NCBI RefSeq assembly: GCF_001194135.2
Contig: NC_068989.1
Span: forward strand, 2,345,952-2,408,785
Source: Octopus bimaculoides
Lineage: Eukaryota
DNA: 62,834 bases
Reading direction: 5' to 3'
Both the position numbers and the translations under genes were made by a program. Shown here in pieces: positions 38,139-52,749 of the stretch (positions within the stretch are counted from its first letter, which is position 1; every line of letters begins with the position of its first letter). The notes beneath the pieces were generated by a model, which worked only from the letters and a program-made list of their open reading frames with translations, made no database searches and was not told where the DNA came from.

Positions 38139-39807
38139 ATATATATATATGTATATATGTATGTGTGCGCGCGTGTACAGTGAGAGAGAAATTGAGGAAG
38201 GGACAAATAGAGAGACAAGCAACCAGACAGGCTGGTAGGCAGGTAGATTATGCTAATATATGTTTATATTATACACTTAATTTTTATTGTCTTCCTTTGG
38301 TTGCACATTTACTTCTATATTTCTGCAACCATCGCAGTGTCTGCGATACTTAATCTCTTGTAAAGCAAAGGAATTTTTCAAGAAAGGGATTTATCCCTTG
38401 TTGTTGCCTCCGTTGATCGATCAGATGTATGTGCAAAGAATCTTTCTATCCTAGATATTCTTTAGAAAAATTTCGAGATTCCGAATAAATGTTGAAATTA
38501 AGGCCTAACCCCCAAACTTCCTTGAAGTGCTCAAATTTTCTCTTAGACCATGCCACTGGATTGAGCATGATCTAAAATATCTTGTTTAATCCTTTTTCTA
38601 ACTTCAAAACTAGCTTCAAAACAAAGTTAACAAAACTCATTGTAAAAAGTGTATATGTTTCATATTTACGACTGACTTAATAAAATACAAACAAATCTTC
38701 AGGATATGCACATTTGAATTGATTAGTTGTGTACTTTTAATAGTTAGTAAAACATTTGAGCAAGGGTGCGACTTTACTGAGGCTCGCGAATATTGCATTT
38801 AGATTTTTAAATCGAGACCCTTTTTCTAGGAAACTTTGAAAGATGCCTGTGTTTTTAATTTGTGATTTATCAAAACTAACCGAAGTGTCGAAGAGTTGTT
38901 AGAAGGTTTCGTTGGCCAACAAATAACGTAAAATTTCTTGGAACTAATGTAGCCTCACTGCCATCCATTAACATAACGAAACTGGTGTTATTCACTTTAA
39001 CCTTTTCCATCCTTGTAATGTAAATACATTTCTATGTCGTACATTTCAACATCAATTTGTTTATGAAGTTGTTCCACACATTACACTCTTTTTGCTTCAA
39101 AGCTACAGACAAACTGAAAGCGTATAATGTGTTAATTGGATTTCCCAATGCAAGAGAGTTTCATGTAAAAGACACATGTTGATAACGATAGTTTGTGTAT
39201 ATGATGGTCATTAATCTCTACAGAAATGTTGAATTTAATGAAACACAATGTCATATGCGATTGTATGAAGTCCACACTTGTAATGAATAATAGAATTCAC
39301 AGTTATAGTTGTTTAAACATCTTTGGAATGTGTAATGTATGGTACATACTCATTCAATGAGTCTTTTTGTATTTCGTTCTTCGAATACATTAGTCACCTT
39401 GACCAAACTAATCGAACATAATATCGTTTTATGTTATGAAAGAATTTTCGATGTTTACGTTGCGCTAAAATATTTCTTAACGTAGAGATATAAATCTGGT
39501 GTGCTCTGCTATGACGGACTTCTGTTTAAATTACGCGTCACTCATTATAGTTTCACATATCTCCTTCATACACATGTCATCCAAGTACTTCAAATGAACC
39601 ATAAGCGACAGTACAGCAACAGTACTGATCTTTGACACTAAAACCCCGATCTCTTACGAACTACTGTGTACTACTGACTTTTGTTGCAATCCCGAGATGG
39701 TTACAAATTATCCATATTTTAACGATGTCAAAATCAATTAGCACCAATTCGAATCTCAACTGCTGCGTCAACAATGTTTTGAAACAAAGAACTGAAAGCT
39801 AATACGT

Positions 39808-40012
39808 TCTTTTATTCTTTTATTTGTTTCAGCCATTTGACTGCGGTCATGATGGGGCACCGTCTTTAGTCGAGCAAATCGACTCCAGGACCTATTCTTT
39901 GTAAGCCTAGTAATTATTCTATCGTCTCTTTTGCCGAACCGCTAAGTTACGGAGACGCAAACTCACTACCATCGGTGGTCGTTGTCAAGCGATGTTGAGG
40001 GACAAACACACA
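39808..40012 (-). mobile_element. SINE family B, 3' half
   Basis: Reverse complement of the 4310-4478 type sequence. Confidence 0.85.
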
Positions 40013-40984
40013 CACTCACACACACACACATACACACACACACACACACACACNNNNNNNNNNTATATACATATATATATATATGTGTGTGCGTGTGTGT
40101 GTGTGCGTGTGTGCATATACCACGAGCGTTCAAGCACTGGCACGTTCTTGCAAAATATACGCGAATGTATGAATATCAAACAATGAAATATAAATATTGG
40201 AATCGATTTGTTAATTGTACAAGGTGCTGCCCCAGAATGATCATAATCCAGTAACTGGAGCGTGAAAAAGAGGATATATATATAGAATGCATGTAATTAT
40301 GTATGTATAGAGTGCGAGAGAAATAAATGTATATATGTATATATTGTGAATTAGATGTCCACCAAAGGAAGAAAAACGAGGCAGTATCCATCTATCTGTC
40401 TGTCTGTCTGTCATTCTGTCACTCTCTCTTGTTCTCTCTCTCCCTCTCTGTATACACACACATACACACACACTTCTATATATGTTTGTATGTATATACG
40501 TCATAATGTATGTATCCATATTCATAAACAAACATACATACAGATATTTCTCTTTCACAAACACACACACACACCCATCCGTAGTATGAAGTGAAGTTTA
40601 TCGATCACAAAAGTCTCGTATTTTTACTATAAAAAAAATTATGAGACTAGTTTTTACAGATATGTTAGGATGATTTTTGAGAATGCAATTTTTTGGTTAA
40701 ATGAGGCGGAAATATATAGTTCTTTGCTTCACCTCTTCTATTTTATCGGTTTATATAATAAAACTATTTTCGTTTTATTATTATCTTTCTATTTCTATTA
40801 TTGTCATTATTCCTGATGGTGTCAGACGATCCTTTATTTCCTCTGAGAATTAATGTCGTTAATTTTATTGCTTTTATGAAAAAAAAAACAAAAAAAAACT
40901 AATGATGATACCTCTAAAATAATATCAATGAAAATAAGAGGAACAATTGTGTCTAATTGTGGTACATAGTCAGCGATCTTGAGG

Positions 40985-41137
40985 CGAGGGGAAAATCGAT
41001 TAGTACTTCACTGATGCGTATTTTATCGATCCAGAAAGGATGTAAGGCAGAGTCGATTTAACTCCGAACGTAAAGAATCGGCAAAAGTATACCCAAATAA
41101 TCTGTCCGGTGCACTAACTATTCGGCCAGCTTGCCGA
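40985..41137 (-). mobile_element. SINE family A, diverged
   Basis: TTTTATCGATCCAGAAAGGATG..GAGTCGATTTAACTCCGAACGTAAAG..GGCCAGCTTGCC. Confidence 0.7.
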
Positions 41138-41138
41138 T

Positions 41139-41140
<2 letters not shown>

Positions 41141-41200
<60 letters not shown>
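41141..41200. repeat. (AAT)20 microsatellite
   Basis: Directly visible; abuts an R4/Dong fragment. Confidence 0.97.
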
Positions 41201-41202
<2 letters not shown>

Positions 41203-41203
<1 letters not shown>

Positions 41204-41602
41204 GAGTCAGAGACTAGCAAAATCCTCTGGTATTTCCCAATCCAAACAGATCAGGTGCTAGAGCATAACAGACTAGACCTAGTGATGGTGGACCAGATGC
41301 ACCACATGTGCTACATAGTTGATGTTGCATGCCCCTTTGACCCACGAATAGTCAAGAAGGACGGCGTAAAATTAGATAGATACAACACTCTGAAGTGCGA
41401 AATAGCCCGGCTATGGAAAATGAAGAAGGTGAAGATAGTGCCAATTATTGTTGGGTCCTTGGGAAGAGTATCAGAAGGCATCAAGGGGAATATCAAGGGA
41501 ATTGGAATAGAGTGCCCAGTAGAACTCTTACAAAAGGTTTTCCCCATTGGCACGGCCGGAATAATCAGGAAAGTATTAGATAGCTATCCAATTAACAAAT
41601 GA
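41203..41602 (+). mobile_element. R4/Dong REL endonuclease domain fragment
   Basis: ESETSKILWYFPIQTDQVLEHNRLDLVMVD..CYIVDVACPFDPRIVKKDGVKLDRYNTLKCEIARLW..KIVPIIVGSLG..ELLQK..GTAGIIRKVL (ORF 41255-41602). Confidence 0.9.
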
Positions 41603-42439
41603 TTCATTAATAAAAGCCTTCCAGTCTATGAAGATTGGTTGGAAAACAAAATCCATTCAGTTTCGAATGCATTCCGATGACTTCGTGAACTCACAAGAGT
41701 GCTATTTGGCACGTCTTTCCGCAACAAGTACCACCGCCACCTTGAACAAAAACAGCAACGGAAACGACACAAGTGGAGAAAGAAGAGACAGATGAAGAAC
41801 CCCCTCCCACACCGTCTCCACTATTTCCCCCATCAACACCACCAAGACCACCACAGCAGCAATAATATCAACAGCAACAATAATAGGTAAATAAAAAGAA
41901 ATATGAAATGGAAATGTGAGAGAACAGATTTGATAAAACGATATTTTAGGAATCAAAATTTAATCTATCTACCTAACTGAAAGTTTCCTTTCTGAAGAAC
42001 CTCCAAAAGATTTTGCTGTAGTTTGTGCAGTTATTTGGTTTTGGAGCGAATTTTCTCTTTCTTTGGAAAGTAGGTGGTCATCCATGCGATTAACCGTCTT
42101 CAAATAAAACAATTCGCTTTCATCTTGAAAACCTTCATGCATTAGTTGTACAACTTAGAAAAGACATTGCCCGCAAAGATAGCAAGAAAAGACGAAAACT
42201 TCGCCATCACTGTCGTAATTAAGCAGATGCAGATAGGAATGTTATTATAAAGTTGAATTAAAAGAATATTATAAAGTTAAATGAAATGCAACAACATATA
42301 TAGTTAAGAAGGTGCTTATTTCTTCAGAACAAGTAAAATAGGAATATTAAAATCCAAGCATAGCGCATAAAGTCAGAAATGAAAGAACTCAACTGAAAAA
42401 GACAAAGAAGGAACCGAGATAAAATGTTATAGAATTATA

Positions 42440-43430
42440 TCATGAGTAAAGAAATAAAGTCGAAATCAAAGACCGTTTAAAACAAAATATCTTTGCTTGT
42501 AAAATCTCCAGATACGTGTGGGTATGAAAACTGTCAAACGATTTTGTCACGAACTTGGTAAAAGAATATAATGGAAGCCAATGTAACATGAACGCCAAGA
42601 AAGGTAGAAGAATTGAAAGGAGCATTATGGGTAATGAAGATGTCACTAGTGACTAGATAGTTCTTTCCAGGATGTAAACAGACACAGAAAGCCATAACTA
42701 GAGAAAAGACAGATTCCTGAAGGAAAATTCATATAAAAGATACTAAATTTCTGGTTTAAATTATTTCAACAGGGACACGTAAGGTGCAAGTAGACAGGTT
42801 TAATGAAATACTAGCAGAGCTAGAGACAGCTCTTGACTAACTTACAGAAGGGGAAACCCCCCCCTTTTTTTAATCAAGAAAACAAAAGAAATCATAAACC
42901 TTCAAAACTACTGACCCATAACATGTCTCCTCACAAAATACAAAACATTGACTGTAATAATCTCACACAAAATAAACAAGAACCTAGAAAAACAAACCGT
43001 TTTCAGAGAATCAGAAGGCAGGGCACAAAGATTCAATTGGACTTAATGGTCAGTTATTAATGAACGATAACTGCAGAAGGAGAGAGGAAAATTTTGGAAT
43101 AGCATGGTATGTCTACTGAAGATATTTGACTGAATTCCCAACAGTTGGACCCTGGAAACATTCCTGTAAACATTCCTCATACGAAAAATCGAAAATACAT
43201 GATGAAGCCGAAAAGCATGACTGCAACATGTGTGGAAATGATGAGAAATAATAATTTTCTAGGAGCACCAAGTAAGAATGCTTCCATAGCAATGATAGAA
43301 TTGGAATTTATATAGACCTAACGTTATACCAACAGAAAATAAAGTATATAGGCATCGACCAGAGACTGAGAAATCAACCATATGCCAATACGCAGACAAA
43401 CAGAATAATAAGTTGTTGGATGCAAAGATT
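42440..43430 (+). mobile_element. Old R4/Dong-type element, N-terminal RT region, heavily degenerate
   Basis: Broken motifs D*LTEGET, NY*PITCLLTKYKTLT, GQLLMN, IAW, FD*IPNSW and INHM occur in the expected RT order. Confidence 0.65.
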
Positions 43431-44363
43431 TTCAATATTTGGAAAATTATTTCCGAATATTGAATTTATTTACAAATAAATTTGCGAATATAAAGCACCT
43501 GCTTTGTTTTCCTTGTTCTCATATTTGAATTGTGGGTTCACATTTCATGCCCCGGTCTATACAGAAAAATGTTTCTATAGACCAATAGGATCTTACTTCT
43601 GAGAACAACTGAAAATCACCTTCTTCTCCACGTCCTACCTCGTTTACAAAGTACAAATGCTTAATTATCCTGGCCCGTTTTTGGATAAATCCCTTAGATT
43701 CGAAAACACTACCGCTGGGTGATATGTTACAAAAGGTTTTCATTGGCGGTTAAACAATATACATTCCCTTTGGCTAGTAACTCTAGCGAAAGAAATTTTT
43801 CTGTTATTAACGTTTTCTTTAGTAAAAATTACGTTACTTTTCTCCTTTAACAACATCTATATCTGTCCCTCTTTCTTCTTTTGCTTTGTTTTATCCTGTT
43901 TTCCCCATTTGTTGGCTGTGTGCTTGAAACGAGAATATTTCTTTTCTAATCCACATGTTCTCAACTTCTCTGTATATAAAATAATTCAGAAAAGAACTCC
44001 ATCCATTTTAAACGTGGCAATAATCCAATTTTCTTGGAACTATCTCAAAACAATCTCGTTTACACCAAAACATATTCGTAATAACACTCGTTGTCATGTT
44101 GATGACTGCGACGAAAGTCCTTCCGACAAGCGCCAGTTCTCCCATCGGACGAAGCTATTGCGTTACTTCGTTCTCGCTTTCTCACAGTATTTTCTTGGCG
44201 GAGATGTCGGGTTGGTTTGTCATTGCCTTCCCTAAATAGCTGTCCGTTGGGCCGCAAGGAGCTCATCCGCTTTCGATGGGTTTTGTTGTTAGTCCTGCTC
44301 GAAGTTCAGACCCCCTCTTCCCTAGACTAGCAAGCTACTCAAGAGGGGGAGTCAGTTTAGTAA

Positions 44364-44405
<42 letters not shown>

Positions 44406-45698
44406 GCTTGTGTATATGTGTGATGGGGAGAGAGATTGTCATCTGTGAATATAATATTAAAAACATTTATATTGTTTCAAGATGATCAATTTGCCTCTTG
44501 TATTTACAGCCAAGTATAATTGCAGCACATTTTGTTAATATATTCCATACTGACACCGTGTGGCACTTTTAATACTTTTCATCTCATTTAAGGTGATATT
44601 TAGTGCAGTGTTGGCTTACTTCAATCTTGGTTTGTTATAACATTATAAATTAGGGGCTATTGAACACAATTTCAAAAGTCTTACTGTTTATTATATATCT
44701 TGTCTTCCGTAATTAACTTGTCGCCTTGTCTACGAATGGAACAGGAGAATTTAATGAAGATGTATGCCATACAGTAATCGCACACCCTTTCGATGTAATA
44801 TTTTACGATGTTGATCTTTGAAGTCTGTGATTTATTATGTCGAAACGAAGCCACAAATGTATCAGAGACCTCTTAACCAAACTGCTTTACAAAAGGGGAA
44901 AACACATTGGATAATGTAATTCTCTCTGCAGTTTATCTTAAAACAAATTACAAAAACAACAATAGCATCACCGTCACCCAAAACAATACATATTACTTGA
45001 AGTGTCCTAGACAGCATATTGGCCCTATAATCTAAAAACGTATGATCAGGCCTTTTTTTGCTGAGTTTGAGGAGGGTCATTATGCCAATTACTGGTTCTA
45101 TTTCACTATTTTTCTTCTTTTATTATTGTTATCATTATTACTAACGCATTGCACAAAATTACTGAACGACACATATTTGAACTCTTTCCGTTGTAATGGC
45201 ACATCCCGGTGAGGTTGACCACGCTGTTAGTCTTATCAGGGTCGTTAAAAATCTAAATTTATATAACTATTGATGTATTCATATCACAAATACCAAATGC
45301 ACACGGACAATATGCATATGTATATATATATATATNNNNNNNNNNNNNNNNNNNNNNNNNNNNNNNNNNNNNNNNNNNNNNNNNNNNNNNNNNNNNNNNN
45401 NNNNNNNNNNNNNNNNNNNNNNNNNNNNNNNNNNNNNNNNNNNNNNNNNNNNNNNNNNNNNNNNNNNNNNNNNNNNNNNNNNNNNNNNNNNNNNNNNNNN
45501 NNNNNNNNNNNNNNNNNNNNNNNNNNNNNNNNNNNNNNNNNNNNNNNNNNNNNNNNNNNNNNNNNNNNNNNNNNNNNNNNNNNNNNNNNNNNNNNNNNNN
45601 NNNNNNNNNNNNNNNNNNNNNNNNNNNNNNNNNNNNNNNNNNNNNNNNNNNNNNNNNNNNNNNNNNNNNNNNNNNNNNNNNNNNNNNNNNNNNNNNNN

Positions 45699-45756
<58 letters not shown>

Positions 45757-45804
45757 GCGTACATATCCGTCTAACTATCTACTTGTATATATATACGTGC
45801 AGGA

Positions 45805-45907
45805 GTGTCTGTGGAGTGCTCAGCCACTTGCACGTTAATTTCACAAGCAGGCTATTCCGGTTCCGTTGATCGGATGAACTGGAACCCTCGTCGTCGTAAC
45901 CGACGGA
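45805..45907 (+). mobile_element. SINE-like 3' fragment
   Basis: GTGTCTGTGGAGTGCTCAGCCACTTGCACGTTAATTTCAC..GAACCCTCGTCGTCGTAACCGACGGA; recalled as an octopus repeat tail, not verifiable within this window. Confidence 0.45.
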
Positions 45908-46722
45908 TATTATTGTAGTAGTCTTGAAAATTGCTATATAAGAGATGGGGGATGTTTGGAAGAAAGAATATGGGTTTATTGCGTTTAATTGCTTAGGAAG
46001 AATTGATAAGAGACGGGATTTGATTTTAAGGAATTTAATGAATCGATATACTCATATGCTTGTATGTTTTTATGCATGTTTGTAGGTATGTATATACGTA
46101 GGTAATTAGGTAGATATACAGATATATATATATACATAATATATGAGTATGAATATATGTACATAAGTACATAATATATAAATGTTGATAAACTTCACTT
46201 AAGTTAAATTCCTTTCCATAAAACTTATCTTTCTAAGCATTTAAACACATAATTTTATTTCACCCATTTTATTTCCTTCTTCTTTTCTACGTACTTTGCA
46301 TTTCTTACTCTCTCTTCTTCTCTCATCCTTCTTTCTAAATATTCCTTGTAACACCTGTCATAAATTTAGATATATTTTCCAATGTTTCAATAAATATTTT
46401 GTTAACATAACGCCTACGACATTAACACACACACACACATACACACACACGCTCACACTCACACACCTCTACACATACATACCCGTTTATACACTTTTCG
46501 AATACGAAAAATTCCATTTAGTGTAGGCTCGCAGTAACGTTCCAACCCCACACTCTTCCACAAGATATCTACCCCTTCCAGTACTAATGTTTCAACACTA
46601 CTTCAAATCTAGTGCAGCCAAAAACGACTGCTCATATTACTTCTCTATTGCTCTACAGAGTTCTTTTAAGCAGTTTAAAATTCCAAGTAACATATTTTCA
46701 GAAAACAATATATGTCGAAAGT

Positions 46723-46945
46723 AAGGCGGTGAGCTGGCAGAGTGGTTAGCACGCCGAGCGAAATGCTTAGCGGTATTTCGTCTGCCGCTACGTCCTGAGT
46801 TCAAATTCCGCCGCGGTCGACTTTGCCTTTCATTCTTTCGGGGTCGATAAATTAAGTACCACTTACGCACTGGGATCGATGTAATCGACCTAATCCCCTT
46901 GTTTGTCCCCTCTATGTTTAACCCCTTGTCGGCAATAAAGAAATA
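46723..46945 (+). mobile_element. SINE family A, full length, tail 2
   Basis: Family A head and body; tail ..TAATCCCCTTGTTTGTCCCCTCTATGTTTA..GGCAATAAAGAAATA. Confidence 0.92.
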
Positions 46946-47115
46946 AGAAACGTTAGCACGACGGGCGAAATGCTTAGCGGTATTTCGTCTGAGTTCAAAT
47001 TCCGCCGAGGTCGACTTTGCCTTTCATCCCTTCGGGATCGATAAATTAAGTACCAATTATGCGCTGGAGTCGATGTAATCGATTTAATCCCTTTGTCTGT
47101 CATTGTTTGTCCCCT
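46946..47115 (+). mobile_element. SINE family A, 5'-clipped second monomer
   Basis: Begins AGAAACGTTAGCACG directly after the first copy's tail; internal deletion. Confidence 0.88.
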
Positions 47116-47933
47116 TTTTGTCCCCTTTTGCTATTTTTGTTTCCGAAGAAATAATTTTAGTTCTACCTGTCATATTTCTCAATTTCTTGTGTCCATAACT
47201 ATTGGACATATAGTCTTGCCATATTAAATGGGGTATTTCTTTCTATATGGGATTTAAAACTAAAATTTCACTATTGGACGTGTCAATTTATTAAACAAAC
47301 CCAAAGCATCTAAGAATGTGAAAGAAATGAAGAATAATTGTAATACGAAATACAAAACTGAAAAAATATCTTATCAACTGCCTCACATGTCTATAAAGTA
47401 GTGTGTGGTTCAATTAGAGAACTGTTATTACAATCATATTTTCCCTAATTACGGAAATGGAAGTACCCGTTCATTCATTTCCATAGTGAAGAAAAATCAC
47501 AACAATAATAATAATAAATTACAAAATCTGTCATTAAATTGAGATGTTTTTGACGTTTGCACTTGCTTTTATTGTGGAAAATAAATATTTTTTGATAGGC
47601 ATTTCTGCGTAGATTTTATCACCAAAATTTGAAATTCGGTCGTTATATTTAGCCATGGTCAATCACGTGTTTATTTCGATTGTGGTTCATAAATGTCGCC
47701 GGTTTATTTTGGTTCTGTATGTTTGATGCTTAAAGTATCCATCTTCAATATTCTATTTTCGTTTCATGGGAAATTTTGAAGACTATGGTTTATGAATTTG
47801 CTGTGCGCTACTTTCTTCCTATTTTCCTTTATATCACGTTGTATGCGAATTGGAAGAATAGTTATGCTACTTTATTCCGTTTCATATATGTGTCTGTGTG
47901 TGTGTCTGTTTGTATGTGTGTGCAAGTGAGTAA

Positions 47934-47995
<62 letters not shown>

Positions 47996-48017
47996 AAGAA
48001 TTCAAGATTCAACTGAG

Positions 48018-48048
<31 letters not shown>

Positions 48049-48524
48049 TATAAATAGTTTCATATATACATAGATAATATTTACATATATGCATATATAT
48101 ATACATATATACTTCTCCAAAAGCCCCCGGATTGTTAGTGATTGTGTTTCAGAGCTTCCATTGTCAGGAATTGTCTTACTATGGCTGCAAATGTAAAAAC
48201 CATTTGGGCTTGATGGGGCATCCTAGAAATCGGGGATAAGGAGCCTAAGGGATCACACAAGATGCTAATCTCACGTGACTGATATTAGACTTTATGCTGT
48301 GGCACTCTCTCCGTTTTCTTCTCTACTGATTGAGCTTCGGTGTCCTATACACTCACTCTTTATGGCAAATTCGTTTTCTCCTCGTGCTGTAGATCTTAAC
48401 AACCTCACTCCGCTCTGCCTCTTCTATGTCGCTCAACAGTTCAGTTTGAATTATATATGACACTGTACCGTTTCCACTGATTTGTCTGCTCTCCATTTCT
48501 TTTCTGTTCCCTTCTGTATGCCAG

Positions 48525-48760
48525 TTGGGAATCCCTCTGTTGAAAGACGTTTGTGTTACCAAAATATCTTCATTAACGCCACTGAACAACAGCTGCAAAC
48601 TATTAATGGTCTTGTACAGAGCTGCACTGCCGAAGCCGTGCAAATGTCCTCTTCTCTTGCGAAGAGCACAGCTGATGTTCCTTTCAAGGAACACGAATAT
48701 GCCAATGAAATCGTGTCAACCAGCATAGGTTACAAGACACAAGGCACGATGCAATGTTAA
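48525..48760 (+). CDS. Candidate exon of an unidentified gene: (V)GNPSVERRLCYQNIFINATEQQLQTINGLVQSCTAEAVQMSSSLAKSTADVPFKEHEYANEIVSTSIGYKTQGTMQC*
   Basis: Long pyrimidine tract and CAG acceptor (48488-48524); stop-free non-repetitive frame to TAA at 48758-48760, with a weak alternative donor at 48729. No family recognised; an overlapping minus-strand ORF also exists. Confidence 0.35.
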
Positions 48761-48976
48761 TATAATCCAAGCCTAAAGTTTTCAGCACAAACACATACAC
48801 GTACACACACAAACACTAACACACACATCAGCGCATGTATCGATTAGACGGCGTGTGTACATTTAAGGACAAGAAATGATTATCTGCTTATTATTTGTGA
48901 TTGGAATCATATTCGCACACGCAAATATACACTCACATACAGACACATACGTACATACATACATACATACATGCAT

Positions 48977-49066
<90 letters not shown>

Positions 49067-50695
49067 TGATACATTAAATCACCAGACGGTTAAACGAATC
49101 GACGAATTGATAAGGCGTTTCGTTTTCAATCAATATATTTGATTCTATAAAGTTTAATATCGTTACTGGTTCCATTATAAATACTATTAATCATAAATGA
49201 AATCTATAAAGAATATTATTTATTGTGTTTCTATTTTTTTCGCTGTCGGACGAAGACTCATTTTAATAAGTTTTCCTTTTATATAAAGAAATCATTGTTT
49301 TTTTCACATTTAGTTATTTTGGGTCTAAAAAAAGCAACATTATCTGGTTCAATGTGCAGACTATCTCGTAGTATTTCTTTAGAGCCGTTTACATTTTGAG
49401 ATGAAATCATCCAAAGACCTACAACATTGGTTCTCGTCCTTTAAATTCCATCCACGCGGACAGAATCGGTGGAGCGCCAAAGACAAATGCTTGTAAGGTC
49501 CTGATAACGGAGTTATATGGCTACAAATTAGAAATGATGTGAAGAGATGACTATATCGAAGATTCTATTTAGCGTATAATTTGAGAGGCAGCGTCCTGTA
49601 CTTATAGATGTTGCTGTCGTTCTTTTAGGTAGTTTGAACTTTTCCTGGCGGAAAACACACAAGAAATGCTCACAGTCACAAATAGCAGAGTAATAGCTGA
49701 TCCTTTGGCTCTGCAACATCAATTTCTGCCTTCATAACAGTGTAGAGTTTACAAGGTCTCGGTGGTTGTCAGGGATCGAAACAGGCCACCCGATGAAACG
49801 TAGTTTCTCATCATTTTCGTATTTTTTACCCACCCAAACTACTCCACACTGGTGGAAACAATTCAAGAGGTGAGTACAGAACCAAAGCAGCTAACTACCC
49901 ACTTTGTGTTGCATGGATCCTTATAGTGGTTATGTGTCGATAAGTGAGTACTTCACCTATCTATTTATTTCGATGAGTGAGTGTTTTTATCTAAAAGTTC
50001 AGTCCAATGTTCGTCTCGGCCTTGGTCTTGAAAAGCGGGTCCAAGGTCCCGTTGGATTTACGTATATCAATGGATTTAATGCTGCTCCTTGCATCTAGAA
50101 ATTCTCTCAGTTGCCCTTTTGATGCATAGATACGTTGATTTTTTCCTGTGATGCTCAAAGATAATTTACTCGGACAGTGTTTTGTCAATAAGTAAAGACA
50201 TCTTATTTGAAATAATACAGGTAAAAGAATTTTTTCCATTAATGTTTTGACATGACGAACCTTGAGTGTGCGATCTAGCGTTGTTGTTCTCGTCACTGCT
50301 GTTTTACTGGTTAAGTATTCAAATTACTTCCGATTCAGTAGAAGTTTTGTCTTTCCAAAAGGTCTCTGTCTAATACGAATTATTTCTGTTCATGTTATTT
50401 ATTTATTATTGTTTAGCACTTATACAAACATGTTAATCCTTCTTTGAAAGGGCAGACATTAAAAAAAAATCAAACGTAAATGTTGTAATACAGTGTATCT
50501 TTTCTCCAAACGAAGAAAAATGCCAACAACAAGTAAATTGCATTGGATTGTCATCTCAGAAATACAGAACCTTTTTGCAAACCTCAAGTATGAACGCAGG
50601 ATTGTTTTGCTATATGTATTATTGTTTCAATGGCCGTGTTTGCTCTCCCTACCTGCTTTGCATAATTTCCTTTCTCTATATCTGTCGCTATCTCG

Positions 50696-50762
<67 letters not shown>

Positions 50763-51288
50763 TCTATCCATTCATTTCTCTCTCTTCTTCTGACATTCTC
50801 ACTCTCTTACATTACTCTGATTTGCATTCCCAGAATGCAAATCTCTCTTTCCAATGACTTTCCTAAGCCTACTCAAACCTGCTACCATTCTTTTCATATT
50901 CAGTTCTCTCACCCAGTACGCAAATTTCTGCATCACAGAGCTAATATTCTCATTAGATAAAGAACGACTTTTCTAAACTCTAATGTTACTATCCTTCGAT
51001 TTTACAGTGTTAGGTATGTTTTCTTTATTTTGGCCTATTTTCATCGAAAAATACTAATGGTTCACCTCTCTCCTTCCCAATCACCAATTTACGCCTGTTT
51101 TTCTGTCTATCTAGAGATTCTGTCTTAAAGCATGGCAAGTAGAGATCATACGAAGACAATTATCTTGTTTGTTCTGCTTTATGTCTTCGTTATCAATACA
51201 CAATTTCTTCCAGTAACGACTCCTACACATTTTTTTCTTCACACACACATATGTGTATATGTATATATGTATATATATATTCATACAT

Positions 51289-51393
<105 letters not shown>

Positions 51394-51976
51394 CATATAT
51401 GCATTAATATATACACAAGGCTATTCAAAGTGAATGAACCGATTTCATTACGCAATATTTTAATAAGGAAAGCAATAGACAACTCGAGCTAAGTCAAAAG
51501 TATTTACTCACAATCAACTTTTATTTCCTGTGTTCAATGTGGCCACCACCTGCAGCTAAAATATTCAAATAGAGTATTATTGTGAACAGTAATAATCTAT
51601 TTGAATATGTTTAGCTCGTAACTTTTAATAATAATACTAATGTGTTTTACGTAGGGATTACATTACAGGTTTTGTTTCTTTATATATCTTTTATTCTTTA
51701 TTTTTAATCCTTATATTATGAGGTAAGTTAAATTTTAGGTTTGTTTAGGAATTTGACCTGAGGAGTGACTGCTTTTGGGAGTAAAAATTTTAGATTAGTA
51801 TTTGTATGGTATATGTCTCACAACATGGTTTTGGACGGGTTCTTCATTGACTGAGTTGTGGAATAGTGGTTCGTCTCTAAATTAGTTATATACACATATT
51901 ATATATTACGAAATTCGGTCTAATTTTATCATACTGAATAATACCTGTAAGGTTGGAATAATAATTTATTCCCAAA

Positions 51977-52066
<90 letters not shown>

Positions 52067-52709
52067 TAAGAGAGACAGATAGAGAAAAGAGAGAGAACCA
52101 CACATAAAAACGTGTGTAAACCTGTGTATCTGCTTAGCCTGTGGTAGATCGAAATAATTTCAATAAATCTTATTCTAAAGCCTATGTTTTGTGACTGCAT
52201 CGTATCTTATCTGAATGACTTATTCAGTTGATTAACGAGGGAGGCTAACAAAGGATATAATAAAGCAAAATTTTAGAACATAAGATTGCGTTAGAGTATA
52301 TAGGATAAAGGATAGAAAATTGAAGAGTTGTAAACATAATTAAATGTGTTTGGTTATTTATCAGTGAAATAGAGTTGCGTTAGCTTTAAGGAAGGACGAT
52401 GGTAATCGGTTATAGAACAACAAACAGAAACTAGAAGGCAAGCTGTGCACAGCGATATAAATATATGGTGTACGCTGGTGAAGACGCAAACAGAAAAGAT
52501 ATCGAAATGGACGAAATGAATTCAACGTAAAAAGAAAAGTAGGAAAATATCCTAGTGTCCTAACAATCTTTGAAGCCAATCATAGGGACAAAGGTATTCG
52601 CCTCCATTTAAGTAAAACGGTCTCGTTCAGATCACAGGGGTTCTCGTAAATTCACGAGAATAAAACAATGAGTCAACGAATCAAGGGGGGTTTCTCTTGG
52701 ACGGAATCT

Positions 52710-52749
<40 letters not shown>

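Noticed and set aside
48150-48290. YYGCKC motif resembling the secreted phospholipase A2 calcium loop
   Set aside because: Spacing to the G-x-P and CC..HD motifs is wrong, and there are several stops.
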